From Candidatus Eiseniibacteriota bacterium (lineage in GTDB: Bacteria > Eisenbacteria > RBG-16-71-46 > CAZEPH01), in contig JBGATO010000073.1 of the NCBI GenBank assembly GCA_044229145.1, positions 1 to 17,922 on the forward strand: a DNA stretch of 17,922 nucleotides. Direction: 5' to 3'. The number at the start of each line of letters is the position of its first letter. Position 1 is the stretch's first letter. The notes beneath the pieces were generated by a model that was not told the DNA's origin, made no database searches, and saw only the letters and a list, made by a program, of their open reading frames with translations. Made by a program: the position numbers and the translations under genes. Below are positions 16,069 to 17,922 of the stretch, one piece after another.

Positions 16069-16450
16069 CGCGCCGCTGCGCAAGTTTCCCCGCCCGCCCG
16101 CATCTCGACCGTTCGCGCCTCGCGCGGTCTCTCGCGGCGACCGAAAACTCCTATGACCTCAGACGCTCTTTCCCGACTCCCCTCGGTTCACCGTCGCCGT
16201 GTTCCATGGAGGGCGGGCGTCATCGCGCCCGCAAGTTTCCCCGCCCGCCCGCATCTCGCCCGGCGCGCTAGCGAAAACTCCTATGACCTCAGACGCGTGA
16301 GTTCCCCGTTCGCCGATATCTCGACCGTTCGCGCCTGGCGCAGTCGCCTCCGGCGGCCGAAGAGTTGATGTAACCCCACGCCAATCCTCGACTGTTCTCG
16401 GTCCAACGCCGTCGTGATCCATGGAGGGCGGGCGTCATCGCGCCCGCAAG
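16054..16450 (+). repeat. mosaic of exact direct repeats plus a diverged ~134-nt duplication
   Basis: A, 29 nt: 16079-16107 = 16230-16258. B, 19 nt: 16102-16120 = 16318-16336. C, 25 nt: 16142-16166 = 16272-16296. D, 33 nt: 16203-16235 = 16418-16450. E, 13 nt: 16054-16066 = 16257-16269. Also 16102-16235 aligns to 16318-16450 with a net 1-nt length difference. Confidence 0.92.
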
Positions 16451-16456
16451 AGAAGC

Positions 16457-17922
16457 ATGACGCTTCCTCGCACCGCGTTCCTGCGCCGTCACCGTGAGGC
16501 GATCAGTTACATCGCCATCGCCGTTGGGGCGCTCGTCGCGCTCGTTGGATTGTCGCTGCGACACGTCAAGGAGATGGCGGCACTCGAACGTGCGTACCGG
16601 CTGGAGTCGCGCCAGCAAACGCAGCAGATCGCGGCGCGGATCGAGGACGACCTCGGGCGTCTCTACGATGGCTTGCGCACCATGTCACGGTTGCCTGGTG
16701 TGAAGGCGGCGGTGTCGAGCGGCGGCTTCAGCGGCGAATCGAAGGTGTCGCTCCAGGAGTTGTATAACTCGATCGCCAACCGTGTGCCGCTGTCGGAAAT
16801 CTACGTGGTCCCGCGCGACATCGACCCGGACGGCACCACCGGCGGACACCGCGAGCCGCTCATCACGTACGACGAACTGATCGTCGGCAAACACGCGGCC
16901 GACGAAGGTGAAGCCGAAGAATCGACCATCCCCGAAGTCGAGGTCTACGAGTACCGCGCGATGCACGCGCAAGCCGAGTGGTTCGCCGCGCACGCGGGTC
17001 AAGAATCGGCGGTGCAGGGCCTCGCCACGCCGGCGGTGATCAGCGCCGAACTCGTGACCTGCGACAACTCACGTTTCGACCCCGGTGCGCCGAACGACGA
17101 GGACCGTTCCGGCTTCGTGTACTCGGTGCCGGTGTACGGCGGCAATGGGCGATTTGCCGGCATGGTGTCGGGCGTCATCTTGGCGCACGCGCTGCGCGAT
17201 TACCTGCCAAACGGCACCTACGTGATGGGCAACCATGGCAACGCGGCGTTCCTCGCCTCGCGTGGCGGCGACGCCTGGAAGGCGTCCGAGGCGTCGGCAC
17301 GCGATTGGAAGGCCGACAAGTCGCTCATCTACTCCGAAGTGGTTCCGCTCCACATCGCCGACGCGGCCGGCACCTGGAAGATCTGGGCGGGACTGCCGAA
17401 CGCGACCTTCGCCCAACGAGCCGACGTGCGCGCGGCCCGCGGGTTCTTCTGGTTCTCGATCGCCGTCGTGTTGCTCATCGCCGGCGGTCTCGCGGGGATG
17501 GTGCATGCCAGCCGACCGCACGGCAAGGTCGCGCACCTCATGGCGGTGATCGACAAGGCAGGACGCGGCGATCTCACAGTGGAAGCCACCGAGTGGATCG
17601 ACGGCGATGCGTTCGCGCAGATCTCGGCGGGCTTGAACCAACTGATTCGCTCGCAGCGCAGCTCGATCACCGCGCTCGCCGCCACCGCCGAAAAGCTGAG
17701 CGCCGCGTCCGAGGCGCTGGTGCAGGCGAATCGCTCGATCGCCGACGCGGCTCACACCAGCGACGAACGCGCGCACGAAGTGGCGGAGTCCGGCGATCGC
17801 GTGACCGATCTCGTCGGGTCGCTGGCCGATGCGGTGAAACAAATGCACGGCGCGATCCAGCAAATCGCCGCCGATACGCGCGAGACCCTGGCTGTGGCGC
17901 GCGCGGCGTCGCAGACAGCGGG
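16457..17922 (+). CDS. methyl-accepting chemotaxis protein (partial, runs off window): TM1 - Cache-like sensor - TM2 - HAMP - start of signalling coiled coil
   Basis: Not in the ORF track because it has no stop in the window. Manual translation is open for 488 codons: MTLPRTAFLRRHRE, TM1 (ISYIAIAVGALVALVGLSL), ...FVYSVPVYGGNGRFAGMVSGVI..., TM2 at ~17441-17503 (FFWFSIAVVLLIAGGLAGMV), HAMP-like AGRGDLTVE..D.FAQI..GLNQL, and heptads AEKLSAASEAL / QMHGAIQQIA. In-frame alternative ATG at 16421. Confidence 0.85.
   Translation, partial: MTLPRTAFLRRHREAISYIAIAVGALVALVGLSLRHVKEMAALERAYRLESRQQTQQIAARIEDDLGRLYDGLRTMSRLPGVKAAVSSGGFSGESKVSLQELYNSIANRVPLSEIYVVPRDIDPDGTTGGHREPLITYDELIVGKHAADEGEAEESTIPEVEVYEYRAMHAQAEWFAAHAGQESAVQGLATPAVISAELVTCDNSRFDPGAPNDEDRSGFVYSVPVYGGNGRFAGMVSGVILAHALRDYLPNGTYVMGNHGNAAFLASRGGDAWKASEASARDWKADKSLIYSEVVPLHIADAAGTWKIWAGLPNATFAQRADVRAARGFFWFSIAVVLLIAGGLAGMVHASRPHGKVAHLMAVIDKAGRGDLTVEATEWIDGDAFAQISAGLNQLIRSQRSSITALAATAEKLSAASEALVQANRSIADAAHTSDERAHEVAESGDRVTDLVGSLADAVKQMHGAIQQIAADTRETLAVARAASQTA

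Noticed and set aside
16140..16363. Sigma-28 (FliA) promoters from GCCGATAT (16312), GCCGAAGA (16356) and ACCGAAAA (16140)
   Set aside because: Plausible for a chemoreceptor gene, but none has a TAAA/TCAAG-like -35 at the expected spacing, and GCCGA is common in GC-rich DNA.
16153..16368. Small ORFs in the repeat region (71 aa at 16153; 21 aa MEGGRHRARKFPRPPASRPAR at 16206)
   Set aside because: They are by-products of the repeated modules, with no ribosome-binding site or coding-like codon bias.
16079..16450. CRISPR array interpretation of the 25-33-nt repeats
   Set aside because: Each repeat occurs only twice, the repeats differ from one another, spacing is irregular and no cas gene is in the window.
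16102..16450. Diversity-generating retroelement TR/VR pair
   Set aside because: Length fits, but mismatches are not confined to adenines on either strand (C/G, C/T and T/G changes occur), neither copy is at a gene 3' end and no reverse transcriptase is nearby.
17069..17863. 264-aa minus-strand ORF
   Set aside because: Antisense to the chemoreceptor, which has a coherent TM-HAMP-coiled-coil architecture on the + strand.

Overview
GC-rich bacterial chromosomal window, mostly housekeeping. On the + strand is a tightly coupled run: partial ORF, ispD, ispF, ddl, an MscS-family channel, an RND adaptor lipoprotein and an RND permease; the first six ORFs are linked by five consecutive ATGA stop/start overlaps. 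Converging on it from the - strand are glgP, glgX and a secreted multi-Ig-repeat protein with a FlgD-like C-terminal domain. Divergent from glgP is an M14 metallopeptidase gene broken at 14760/14761 by an apparent internal deletion and frameshift. A methyl-accepting chemotaxis receptor, absent from the ORF track, starts at about 16457 and runs off the window end. The least explained feature is the ~400-bp segment in front of it (16054-16450): a mosaic of five exact short direct repeats containing a diverged ~134-nt duplication whose hairpins seem kept in both copies. It could be a tandem cis-regulatory RNA, a template-switching scar or an assembly artefact. No CRISPR, IS, tRNA, rRNA or recognisable defence system was seen. 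All calls come from motif recognition by eye; no searches were run.
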